A stretch of 64,000 nt of DNA from an uncultured Chloroflexia bacterium (GTDB lineage: Bacteria > Chloroflexota > UBA6077 > JACCZL01). Shown piece after piece: positions 9,627 to 20,047 of this stretch. The stretch's first letter is position 1; each line of letters begins with the position of its first letter. The notes under the pieces are model-generated. The model did not search any database. It was not told the DNA's origin and worked only from the letters and a program-made list of their open reading frames with translations. The DNA is taken from positions 320,001 to 384,000 of the forward strand of contig CAVXYC010000001.1 in the NCBI GenBank assembly GCA_963765765.1, in the 5' to 3' direction. The position numbers and the translations under genes were made by a program.

Positions 9627-10499
9627 TTATGCGCCCGTGTCGGACGCAAGTCCCCCGGCTCGCGCGGCGGACAGCCGGCGCCCAAGGAGACCCCGCGGGG
9701 CCACGAGCGCCGAGACTCCAAACATCCCGGAAAGTGTCAACACGATGACGCCGGCAGGGGCTACGGCCACATAGTAGGCGACGTACAAACCCAATGCCCC
9801 GGCCAACGCGCCGATCGCGGCTGCCACCAGCATCACGTTCTTCAGGCTTCGGGCCCAGAGCCCCGCAGTGGCGGCCGGTGTGACAAGCGTGGCGATGGTG
9901 AGAATGACGCCGACGACCTGCACGCCGACGATCACCGTTCCGGCGACCGAGATCAGCAAGATGAGATCGATGAGCCCTGTCGGTAATCCGAGCGCTATCG
10001 CGGAGGTTCGATCAAAGGTAGTGAGCACCAGCGGCCCTTTGAGCAGCCAGATAGTGGCGCACAGCACCACCACCAGGCCCACGCTCAGCGCCAGTTCCGC
10101 CGGGCCTATGCCGAGCAGGTTGCCAACCAGCGCCGCCCCGACATCGCGCGAGCGGACGCGGAAGAGGCCCACCAGCACCACGCCCAGTGCAAACATCCCG
10201 ACGAAAGCGATCCCCACAGCGCTGTCCTCCGCAATGTGGCTTCGCCCTTGGAGCAGCAGGATGAGCGCCAGTGTGAGCATCGCGCCCGCGGCGGCTCCGA
10301 TCACGACGTCCACCCGGAGAATGGCAGCCAGTACGACGGCCGGAAAGATCGTTTGGGAGAGGGCGTGCGCCAGGAAGGTGAGATTCCGGTGCACCACAAA
10401 CGGCCCAATCAGACCGCATGCCAGGCCCAGGAGGACCACCTCTACCAGACCATTGCGCATGAACGGTAAGGCGAGCGGATCGAGCACGACGCCGATCAT
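9627..10499 (-). CDS. Zn/Mn ABC transporter permease
   Basis: Hydrophobic; FLAHALS, FDRTSAIALG, VGVILTIATLVTPAATA. Confidence 0.92.
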   Translation of the reverse strand: MIGVVLDPLALPFMRNGLVEVVLLGLACGLIGPFVVHRNLTFLAHALSQTIFPAVVLAAILRVDVVIGAAAGAMLTLALILLLQGRSHIAEDSAVGIAFVGMFALGVVLVGLFRVRSRDVGAALVGNLLGIGPAELALSVGLVVVLCATIWLLKGPLVLTTFDRTSAIALGLPTGLIDLILLISVAGTVIVGVQVVGVILTIATLVTPAATAGLWARSLKNVMLVAAAIGALAGALGLYVAYYVAVAPAGVIVLTLSGMFGVSALVAPRGLLGRRLSAARAGGLASDTGA

Positions 10500-11380
10500 G
10501 TGGCGGGCCGCGCCTCGCGGAGCTGGCGCCGCAAGCGGCGTGCGGTGAGGAGAGCAGGGATGCCCGCACGAGGCGACACGATCAACGTCACACCGAAAAG
10601 GCCGACCGCGGCGAGCACCACGGCGCCACCGGAAGCAACGGGGTAGTAATACGAGACATACAGTCCGATCCATCCCGCCAACGTGCCGAGGCCTGCGCTG
10701 ACCAGCATTTGCTTGTGCACGTGGTCTGTGAGCAGACGCGCCGCCGACGCCGGGACGATCAGCAACGCCGTGACCAGCAAACTCCCCACTGCCGCGAGGC
10801 CGGAGATGACCGCCAGAGCAATCAAGGCATACAGGACCGCGTCGAGCAGACGCACGGGCAGGCCGAGCGCGGTCGCGGACGTCGGATCGAACGAGGCCAG
10901 CACGAGTGGTCGATAGAGCAGCACGATCGCCACGAGGGCAATGAGTCCCGCGACAGAGCTGATGAGGATGTCGCTCTCGTTCACGGCCAGGACGTTGCCA
11001 AATAAGATCTCTGTCAGGTCGTTGAAGTAGCTACCGGTGGCGCTGATCATGGTCAAACCGAGCGCAAACATGGCCGTAAACACCACTGCGATCGATGCAT
11101 CCCCTCCCAGCCATCTTGTTCGTGCCAGCAGGCCGATGGCCCAGGCGGAGATCAATGCCGCCAGCAGTCCCCAGAGCTCGAAGCTCGTGCGCGTCAGAAA
11201 TCCGACCACGACGCCTGGGACGACGCAGTGCGCCAGCGCATCACCGATGAACGACAGCCCCCGCAGGACGACCAGGACACCGACCGCACCGCATGCCAGG
11301 CCCACGAGCGTCACCTCGATGAGTGCCCGTCGGGTGAGCTCGAATTCGAGCGGCCCCAGCAGCACACCGATCAACTCCAC
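10496..11380 (-). CDS. Zn/Mn ABC transporter permease
   Basis: LRGLSFIGDALAH, ILFGNVL, SFDPTSA. Confidence 0.93.
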   Translation of the reverse strand: MELIGVLLGPLEFELTRRALIEVTLVGLACGAVGVLVVLRGLSFIGDALAHCVVPGVVVGFLTRTSFELWGLLAALISAWAIGLLARTRWLGGDASIAVVFTAMFALGLTMISATGSYFNDLTEILFGNVLAVNESDILISSVAGLIALVAIVLLYRPLVLASFDPTSATALGLPVRLLDAVLYALIALAVISGLAAVGSLLVTALLIVPASAARLLTDHVHKQMLVSAGLGTLAGWIGLYVSYYYPVASGGAVVLAAVGLFGVTLIVSPRAGIPALLTARRLRRQLREARPAT

Positions 11381-11395
11381 GATGCACCCGGGGTG

Positions 11396-12202
11396 TTAGG
11401 CGCGATGTCCGCCCACCGAGGCCGGTTCGTGGTGGGCGTCGCCGAAGAACGTAGCCAGCTTTTCCGCCGGTACCCCGCCCCACGCCTGTGCGAGCGCCTG
11501 CGGCGTAAGAACCTGCTGGGGACGCCCGAGCGCTACCACGCGCCCATTGAGGAGACAGAGTCGATCGCAGACCTCCGCCGCCTGAGCGAGATCATGAGTC
11601 GCCATGACGAGAACCTGTCGCGATCCTCGGAGATCGGCCAGGAGGTTGAGAATAACTGCCTGGGTGCTCTCGTCCACTCCCGTGAGAGGCTCATCCAGCA
11701 GCATGACGTCGCCGCCCTGCGCGATCGAACGAGCCAGAAAGACACGCTGCTGCTGGCCGCCGGATAGCTCAGAGATCTGCGCGCGTCGATTTTCGGCCAT
11801 GCCGAGCCGCTCCAGCGCATCCAGCGCGATCCGCCGGTCCGTCGCATCGGGACGCCCAAAGAGTCCCAGCCGACCCTGCCGTCCGAGGAGCACGACGTCC
11901 TCCACGGTAATCGGGAAATTCCAGTCGACGTCGCTACGCTGTGGTGTGTAGGCCACGCGAGCGCGCATCGTCCGATCGAGAGACCGACCATCGAGCGTGA
12001 CCTCGCCGGCCACTTTGCCCACGAGCCCCATGATTCCCTTGAGCAGCGTACTCTTCCCCGAGCCGTTCGGCCCGAGCAGACCCAGCAGCTCGCCGCGCGG
12101 ACAACGTACTGAGACGTCTTCGAGCGCCAGGCGCGAACCGTAGGCAATCCGTAACTGGCTGACTCGCAGGCCATCATCAGGGCACGGTGCGGACGATGCC
12201 AC
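11396..12202 (-). CDS. Zn/Mn ABC transporter ATP-binding protein
   Basis: GPNGSGKST, LSGGQQQR, LLDEP. Confidence 0.95.
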   Translation of the reverse strand: MASSAPCPDDGLRVSQLRIAYGSRLALEDVSVRCPRGELLGLLGPNGSGKSTLLKGIMGLVGKVAGEVTLDGRSLDRTMRARVAYTPQRSDVDWNFPITVEDVVLLGRQGRLGLFGRPDATDRRIALDALERLGMAENRRAQISELSGGQQQRVFLARSIAQGGDVMLLDEPLTGVDESTQAVILNLLADLRGSRQVLVMATHDLAQAAEVCDRLCLLNGRVVALGRPQQVLTPQALAQAWGGVPAEKLATFFGDAHHEPASVGGHRA

Positions 12203-13134
12203 TACTTGAGGGCGTCCACGATCGTCTGAGTGTTGTATTGCATCATCGTGATATACGTATCGCCCTGGCTCCCTTCCGGCCCCAGTGAATCGCCGAAGAG
12301 ATCCGTCACGACCTTGACGCCTGCCTGCTGGGCGATCTGCTGCTCGAGCCTCGGGCTAAGACTCCGCTCGGTGAAGATCGCTTTCACCTGCTGGTCTTTG
12401 ATCTTCTGGATCAGCATCCGAGTCTCCGAGGCGGACGGCTGTGCCTCAGTACTCAAGCTGGGAATGATGGATCCGATGAACTCGAGACCGTAGCGATCAA
12501 TGTAGTACCCAAATACGTCATGGTTGGTGACCATCTTGCGCTGACTCGCCGGAATTGTGGAGATCTGCTGTTGTATCTGGGCATCGAGCTGATCCAGCAG
12601 GCCGCTGTAGTTCTGCGCGTTCACCCCATAGCTCGAGGCGCCTTCTGGATCGGTCGCGCTGAGCGTATCGCGGATGGCGCCGACCATCCTCTGAACGTTG
12701 GTCGGGTCGAACCAGACGTGCGGGTCATCGCCGCCCTCCGACTCTTCCCCCGCGCGAACGGTCAGGACCGCGGTCTCGGCAAGGTTCACGATAGGTACGC
12801 CTGGACGGGTGTTGTAAGCGAGATCATCCAGCCAGCTCTCCAGCCCGACGCCGTTGTAGAAGACCACGTCAGCCTGAGCAAACTTGCGCGCATCCTCGGC
12901 GGTCGGCTGGTAGTCGTGCGCATCGGCATCCGCGGGCAGGATGCCCAGCATGTTGATGCGGCTCATACCGACGTTTCGCGTGAAGTCCTGAACCTGGGTC
13001 GTCGTAGCAACCACGTTGAGTTTCTGCGCGGGCGCGTCGTCGGCCTGAATATTCAGAGACGGAAGAACCAGGCCGATCACCACTACGGCCGCGGTAACTC
13101 CCCATTGCAACAGGCGAACCGTCATATCTCGCAT
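12202..13134 (-). CDS. Zn/Mn ABC transporter substrate-binding protein (ZnuA/TroA family)
   Basis: DAHDYQP, DPHVW, TNHDVFGY, GDSLG. Confidence 0.93.
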   Translation of the reverse strand: MRDMTVRLLQWGVTAAVVVIGLVLPSLNIQADDAPAQKLNVVATTTQVQDFTRNVGMSRINMLGILPADADAHDYQPTAEDARKFAQADVVFYNGVGLESWLDDLAYNTRPGVPIVNLAETAVLTVRAGEESEGGDDPHVWFDPTNVQRMVGAIRDTLSATDPEGASSYGVNAQNYSGLLDQLDAQIQQQISTIPASQRKMVTNHDVFGYYIDRYGLEFIGSIIPSLSTEAQPSASETRMLIQKIKDQQVKAIFTERSLSPRLEQQIAQQAGVKVVTDLFGDSLGPEGSQGDTYITMMQYNTQTIVDALK

Positions 13135-13233
13135 CTCTCCCCGTTCGCTTCCATGAGCCTGCACATTCCTCAGCCACAAAGCTCACGTAGCGTCGGTCGC
13201 GCGTGTCGCGTCCTACAGCGGGCGCGAAGTCAA

Positions 13234-13248
13234 TGAGACCCGCTCTCA
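13234..13248. promoter_or_regulatory. candidate Zur/Fur-type operator
   Basis: TGAGA-N5-TCTCA palindrome between the divergent ABC operon and the Fur-family gene. Confidence 0.55.
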
Positions 13249-13333
13249 ACGATACACTATATCAATACCTTCTTGAAGGGCGTGCGGGCGCTATACTCGC
13301 GAGTGCGGGTATCTCCCGCTGCCGGGAGGCATC

Positions 13334-13808
13334 ATGAGATCGGCGGAGAAAGCGCCGCTGCCCGAGGGCCGCGCCGCGGACATACTCGAGCGTTTGGCGG
13401 AGGAAGGCCATCGGCTCGACCGGCCCGCGCCAGGCGCTCGTTCAGCTTCTCGCCGATCGCGATCATTTATTTACCGCTCAGGAAGCCTGGGAGCAGGTTC
13501 AGGCCACCGGACTGCAGGTTGGCCGAGCCACGGTATTCCGGACACTCGATCTACTTGCCGAGCTTGGTGCGCTCGATCGCGTGCACGAGGGAGATGGCTG
13601 CCATCGGTATATCCTATGTGCGCCCGCCCACCACCATCATCTCATGTGCACCGAATGCGGGCGTGTGCAGCCCTTTGCGGCGCCTGAGGTAGAAGCCATA
13701 ATTCGTCACGTCGCACAGGAAGCGAACTTCGAACCGCTGACGCACCACCTTGAGCTGGTAGGCCGGTGTGGCGACTGTACGCCCCGCTCTGAAGCGTCGA
13801 AGCAATAA
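13334..13808 (+). CDS. Fur-family (Zur-like) regulator (frameshift ~13420)
   Basis: GRATVFRTLDLL, HHHHLMCTECG, C-terminal CGDC. Confidence 0.88.
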
Positions 13809-13917
13809 TTCAATGTGGTCCCGCTAGCAGGATCCGCATTCCGCTGGCGAAAGTCCAGCGGATTCATGGCTTGGGCCTGACCTGGCGGGAGCGAGAGATG
13901 AGCCGATTACGGTACGC

Positions 13918-13948
13918 CCTCTGTATCGATCCGAGATCGATACAGAGG
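13918..13948. repeat. perfect 14-bp hairpin
   Basis: CCTCTGTATCGATC-CGA-GATCGATACAGAGG. Confidence 0.7.
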
Positions 13949-13971
13949 CCACCGACCCTAATCTGGGAGCT

Positions 13972-15216
13972 ATGAACTCCGGGGTCCCGAAGGTGTCACT
14001 CCGCTCTGCCGACTATGGGCCACGTTTAAGAGGCGGTCGCCGCACAAGAGGTTCGCGACGGGCTTCCGGGATGTTGGTGCCCCTGGTTATCGGGCTGATG
14101 TTTCTGGTGAGCTGGGTCACTGGATTGGGTCCGTTTGCCATCTGGTGGTTGACAAACACTGAGCCGCCATCGGTCTCATTGAGCGGCCCGACGGGACCGG
14201 TGCGCGGTGTGGTACAGATTGACGTCAAGCTCAGCCCAGCCGATCGGGCGAGCATCGTCCGTGCCTTCGTTGACGATCAACCTATCTCGGTGCAGCGTCC
14301 TCTGACGGTCGATACGGCGGCCGGTGAAGATGGCCTGCATCGCCTACGGGTCCAGGCCGAGGACACGTCTCGACTCCGCAATCAGTCCGAGGCCGAGTTA
14401 ACGCTGCGTTCTGATAATACGCCGCCTCGACTGCGCATGGAGCTCAGCTCGGACGCCGTGGACCAGGGGGGGACGCTGCTACTTACCGTGCGTGCAAACG
14501 AACCCAGCACCACCATGGCTTTGTTGGACGGTCAGCCATTGGAGCTCCAACACGAGGCCGACGTCGACTGGGCCGTCGTCGGGATCGGCCCCGACACGGC
14601 GGCACAGTCGATCCCCATCGTGATGCGCGCCACCGACCAGGCCGGGAATGTCGCGGAGCAGACGAGCTCCGCCCGAGTGGCGACGCATCGGTTCACCGAA
14701 GACCGGGTTCAGGTCCCTCAACGACTGGTGGCCCTCCTGGAAGCACGGATCCGTGCCGAGGAAGATGCGCACCTGGCGCCCGCCTATGCCCGACGTTCTC
14801 CTGTGCGCCTCTGGTCCGGTCCATTCGCGGTGCCGGTGCGCGGCACGATCATCACGGAGTTCGGGGAGATCCGCTCGTACAACGGCGGACCCTTCGAAGG
14901 ACACCACGCCGGCGTGGACTTCGCCGTGTCAGCCGGGACACCGGTCACGGCGCCAGCGCGCGGAATTGTGGCGCTGGCGGATCCGGTCGCGTTGCGGGGC
15001 AACGTGGTCATCCTGGATCACGGACTGGGCGTCTTCACCACCTACGCACATCTATCATCCATTGTCGTGAAACCCGGTGATGAGATCCAGCGCGGGCAGG
15101 CGTTCGCAAGCGTGGGCAGTACCGGCCTTTCGGAAGGGCCTCACCTCCATTGGGAGCTCTGGATCGCCGGGCAGAACGTTGACCCGCTGCCCTGGACTCG
15201 ACGCGCATTCCCCTGA
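13972..15216 (+). CDS. membrane-anchored M23 peptidase with Ig-like domains
   Basis: HAGVDF, YAHLS, GPHLHWE; N-terminal TM helix. Confidence 0.92.
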   Translation: MNSGVPKVSLRSADYGPRLRGGRRTRGSRRASGMLVPLVIGLMFLVSWVTGLGPFAIWWLTNTEPPSVSLSGPTGPVRGVVQIDVKLSPADRASIVRAFVDDQPISVQRPLTVDTAAGEDGLHRLRVQAEDTSRLRNQSEAELTLRSDNTPPRLRMELSSDAVDQGGTLLLTVRANEPSTTMALLDGQPLELQHEADVDWAVVGIGPDTAAQSIPIVMRATDQAGNVAEQTSSARVATHRFTEDRVQVPQRLVALLEARIRAEEDAHLAPAYARRSPVRLWSGPFAVPVRGTIITEFGEIRSYNGGPFEGHHAGVDFAVSAGTPVTAPARGIVALADPVALRGNVVILDHGLGVFTTYAHLSSIVVKPGDEIQRGQAFASVGSTGLSEGPHLHWELWIAGQNVDPLPWTRRAFP

Positions 15217-15489
15217 ACCGATGCGGATTCCGAGCTAACTTCCTGTGCGCCAGGTGTCCGAATTCGGCACCTGGCTTCACCCTCTAGGCGCCGGGCGGAA
15301 GGACAGAGGGAGTTGAAGTGATGCGCGGCAGACAAGCTCAATCCCGCATTCGTACCCGGCCTCTCCGCCCTGGATGTTCGGCTCACCGACGAGGACCGCG
15401 ATTGCATACATACCGGTGATGACCTCAGCGAGCTGGCTGCACAGCCTCTCGTCGAATGAGGAGTGGGCGACGGCCACTCCCCGGCCGTC

Positions 15490-15651
15490 AGCTTTGAGAC
15501 GGAGACTTACTCAATTGACACCATCGTTGTGATCTTGCCGGAATTCGTCCCTGGTCGCTGGTGGGAGCATCTGCTGCACAACCAGACCGCCCTGCTCCTC
15601 AAGGCCGTACTGCTTTCCCACCCGGGGGTCATCGTCGCGAGCATCCCTTAG
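15490..15651 (+). pseudogene. C-terminal fragment of KimA/YdaO-like APC permease
   Basis: VVILPEFVPGRWWEHLLHNQTALLLK...PGVIVASIP with no upstream gene body. Confidence 0.7.
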
Positions 15652-15841
15652 CATCTCCAGCCGGCCGTGTGGCGAGTCGAACAACTCTCGCGGCGGAGTC
15701 TCAGAGAGCGCGGCTTATAAGGACCGCGTTCCCTGAGACTGACTCAACGTCCTGTTACGCTTGGCTACGCATGGGCACGCATCTTGCGTCATGCGCCGAC
15801 ACGGACTCGGCGCCGAGCGTCGAGTTGTAGAAGGTGCTTGA

Positions 15842-18304
15842 ATGGTCCCCGCACATCCTGCCGGCGCCGCTTCTCGAGCGCTGAGCAACGGCGAGTCACG
15901 TTACTGCAACGTCTCTGAGGCGGCCGCCCTGCTCGGTGTGAGCCGAATGACAATGTCACGTTGGATCCGAGACGGCCGCGTACCCGTAGCTCGCCTCGGT
16001 CACCGAACGATTCGCATACGGCGCGAGGACCTGGACCAGCTTCTCCACGACGCGGGGAGTCCCGTTCAGTCTCGACTTGACCGCATGCCCGGTGAGTTGC
16101 CTTCGGGTGGCCTTGAAGGGGAGCGCGCAATCTGGAGCGGCCTCGAAGAGGCGGACCACTTCCTCCACTTGTACGAAGAGGACGCTGTGCTCATTGACTC
16201 GGTCGGTGAATACATTGGCGCGGTCCTGCGCGCGGAAGGCGCCGGAATCGTGATCGCCACAGCCGCCCACCGCAACGGGATCGAGTCGCTATTGCGGGCA
16301 AATGGGCTGAATCCCGACGAAGAGCGTGCGGCGGGCCGTTACGTCGATCTCGACGCAACCGAGACTCTGGAACGCTTTCTGGTGAACGGCCAGCCGGACG
16401 CCGATCGGTTCAATGAGGTGATCGGCTCTGTCGTTGAGACGGCCGCGGCGGGTGGACGTCCGGTCCGAGCGTTCGGAGAAATGGTTGCCATTCTGGCGGC
16501 CGATGGAAATCATGCTGCGGCGATGGAACTGGAACGACTCTGGAATCAGCTCCAGGAAAGGCACCGATTCGCGCTCTTTTATGCCTATCCGATGGACGTC
16601 TTTCGTGATGCCGGCCTATCAGAGGCGTTTGAATCGATTGCCGACGAGCATGGCCATGTCATCCCCGCGGAGAGCTTTACGGCGCGCGCGAATCTGGAGG
16701 AGCGACGGCGCGAAGTGGCAAGGCTGCAGCAGCAGTCCGCGGCACTTCGCGCAGAGGTTGCGGAGAGCCGCCGCCTCCAGGCGGAGCTCCGCCGCAGCGA
16801 GCGAGAGCTGCGCGACTTCGTTGAGAACGCGACCGAAGGACTTCATTGGGGAGGGCCGGACGGGCGAATTATCTGGGCCAATCAGGCGGAGCTGGAGCTG
16901 CTTGGATACACCGCCGATGAGTACATCGGACGCTCGATTACCGAGTTCCATGCCGATCAGGACGTCATCACTAACATTTTGAACCGCTTGCGGGCTGGCG
17001 AAGAGCTCCGCGATTACGAAGCCACCCTCCGTGCCAAAGATGGCTCACTAAAGCACGTACTGATCAACTCTAGCGTGTACCGAGAGGACGGCCGTTTCAT
17101 CCATAGCAGGTGCTTCACTCGCGATATCACCGCGTGGAGGCAGAGCCGAGGAAGCCTCGCGGCGACTGGCAGCTATCGTTGCTTCATCGGATGATGCAAT
17201 CATTGGCAAGACGCTCGACGGAACGGTTACGGACTGGAATCAGGGCGCCGAGCGACTGTACGGATATACGTCCGAGGAGATGGTGGGGCAGCCGATCTCC
17301 CAGCTCATACCCATTGACCGTCCGGACGAATTCCCGTCAATCATGAATCGATTGCGACGCGGCGAGAGAATCGACCATTACGAGACGGAGCGCATTTGTA
17401 AAGACGGGCGGCGTCTGACTGTCTCGGTAACGATCTCACCCGTTCGGGATTTATCCGGCCGTATTGTTGGAGCCTCCGCTATCGCCCGCGACGTGAGCGA
17501 ACGAAAAATGATTGAACGCGAGCGTGAAGCGCTGTTGGCTCGGGAGCGCGAAGCGCATGCATCAGGCGGCTGCCGCGTTACGTCTGCGCGACGAATTTCT
17601 CTCAGTCGCGGCGCACGAGCTGCGGACGCCATTGGCGAGCCTCAAGGCGCACGCGCAAGTTGCCATGCGGCGACTCGAGCGATCGGGTGAGCTGGAGCCA
17701 GAGCGCGTCGCCGAAGCGCTAAAAGCAATGGCATCTCAGTCGGACAAGCTCAATCGCCTTCTAGGACACTTGCTGGATATCTCACGGATCAATGCCGGTA
17801 AGCTGGTCCTGGACGTGCAGCAAGTGGACCTGGTGACCATGGTGGAGGAAGTCGTCAAGAATGCGCGGACGCGGAATTCCACGCATCAGATCACCCTCGC
17901 AGCTCCGGCCCGCTCTTGAGGTCGAAGTCGATCCATTGCGGCTTGAGCAGGTCCTAACAAACTTACTGGATAACGCCGTGAAGTACAGCGCCGAGGGGAG
18001 TTCGATTGAGATTGACGTCTCTCAAGCGGGAGAGGGTACGCTGGAAATTGCTGTGCGCGATCACGGCGTCGGTATTCCGACTGAAAAACGCGCCCGAATT
18101 TTTGAGCGCTTCTACCAGGCGCACGGCTCCGGATTTCAGAGCGGCCTGGGGCTCGGGCTGTATGTGAGCGGGGAGATCGTGGAGCTGCACGGAGGCGAGA
18201 TTCGGGCCGAGTTTCCTCCGGATGGCGGGAGTCGCTTCGTCGTTCGACTGCCGATCCAATCAGGGGCGGAGCGCGCGGATTGCTCTGGAGACGCGGCCGC
18301 TTGA
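15842..18304 (+). CDS. excisionase-type HTH-MEDS-PAS-PAS histidine kinase (split by ~3 frameshifts)
   Basis: VSEAAALLGVSRMT HTH; RAFGEMV MEDS; two PAS domains; AHELRTPL; NLLDNAVKY, DHGVGI, GLGLGL. Confidence 0.88.
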
Positions 18305-18673
18305 CACCAATCCTCAAATGGCATAGCGTCCGTCCTGGTCATTGACGATGACCAGGACCTGAGGCGGGTGCTCACGCTGGCTCTTACGGACGAGGGTTAC
18401 GCGGTGCGTGCTGCGCCAAATGGACGAGACGCCCTGGCTCTGCTGGAATCGTGGCGCCCCGACGTCATTCTGCTCGATCTGATGATGCCCGAGATGGACG
18501 GCTGGACTTTTCGAGCTCGGCAGTTAGCCACGCCCGGCTCGGAGGATGTGCCGGTCATCATTCTGTCGGCGGCCCGAGAAACAAAAGCCGAGGCGCTTCG
18601 GCCGGCGGCTATCGTGGCCAAGCCCTTCAACTTATCGGACCTCCTGGACACTGTTGCCGCGATCGCGCGTTGA
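18301..18673 (+). CDS. single-domain response regulator (start uncertain)
   Basis: VLVIDDD, PDVILLDLMMPEMDG, KPF. Confidence 0.9.
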
Positions 18674-19400
18674 GAAACCATCGAACTTGGGCCGGCACGC
18701 TTCGCTCGCTGCATCGTGCCGGCGATGACGCGCGAAAGCGCTGTCTAGATTCAACGTCGTGCGTGCCTGCAACGCGCCTCGGCCGCCTCTCGACCGGATT
18801 GCCACACCCGGCCAATAATCCGATCCGCTGGCCCATCTAGACTGGGCACATGCAGCAAATTATTCATTGATTCCGCGAACAACGAGGTCTTAGCAGCGCT
18901 GATCGCGTCATCAATAGACTCGAGACTGCGATCGACTCCGTGGAGAGGGAGCCGCTCATCTTTCCCGTGCGCCGCCGTCATGCGATGCGTTGGTCAGATC
19001 GCAGATACCCAGGGAACGTCCGCGCCCTCAGTCCTCGCTAATAGCCGACACGCTCCACGAGCCGTTGTTGGTTCCAAGCTGACGACTGTCAGTGTCGCCG
19101 TGCTTGACTTCGGCCTCAATCAATGAGCGTGCGCATCAGGTTGGCGGATACGGCCCGACGTCTGTAGGAGTCAGGCCGAGAGTATGACTCGCCCGCTACC
19201 GAGCTCTCATGAAGCCCCCAATATGGCATGAATATGCCGCCGGTCGTTCCCTGGCGGGCACAGCTGCTCCACTTCTCATATTCCCAACACAGAATGAGAC
19301 GCATCTGTTATGCATTCCCTCCTTTCATCAATGCGATAGGGCCGTTAATTAGAGTGGACGGTATGGGGCCGGATGGACGGCTAACCGATACGGAGGGACT

Positions 19401-19664
19401 GTGGCTCAGCGATTTATCAGCGTTGTGGCGGATGGAAACGAGCGCGTGTGGATTAACCCGGAGCGTATAACCCGGATCCTTCGACACGGTGCTGGTTCCA
19501 CAATCTACTTCGATGGTGTCTCGGGAGCTGACGCACTCGACCGTTGCTGTGGTCCGCTCAATGTGCGCGATCACCCTGCTGATATTGCGCGCCGGATGGA
19601 GCAGCTCCATGAAGGCGCCCAGGATCTCAATCCTGGAACATCAGCCGATTTGGTGGAGCTGTAG
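19401..19664 (+). CDS. small hypothetical protein
   Basis: RBS GGAGG; VWINPERITRI pattern loosely FlbD-like. Confidence 0.55.
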   Translation: MAQRFISVVADGNERVWINPERITRILRHGAGSTIYFDGVSGADALDRCCGPLNVRDHPADIARRMEQLHEGAQDLNPGTSADLVEL

Positions 19665-20047
19665 CGAGAGACAGTCGCTCCACAACGCTTCATTTCTGGT
19701 TGGACTTCAAACAGAGCGCCCCCTTCCGGTCGCTACCCTGTGAATTTCATATTGATGACCGCCGTGCATTGGCATGCGTTGAAGTGGCGGAGCCAGCAGG
19801 TGTCCCAGGCGCGCCAATAGCGTGCGCTCAAGACGAGAATGAATTTCCATGAGAAATGGGAAGATTCACACTTGCCGCCACTGCCTTGAAGATGGTTAAG
19901 TGTGCCGGCGCAAAGCGCGATCTGGCGACTCAACTGCCAGGCGCGCTAACGTCGGTGCACTCATCATCCTTCGCCCATGACATTCCGCCTCTGTAATGGC
20001 TCTCCCAGTTCGCACAGCGTCAGGATTCTGATGCAGGCGGAACCTCG

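Noticed and set aside
13819-13890. SRP (4.5S) RNA
   Set aside because: Lacks the conserved CAGG...GGAA...AGCAG domain IV arrangement.
18680-19400. Short ORFs downstream of the response regulator
   Set aside because: No recognisable family or structure; left unannotated.
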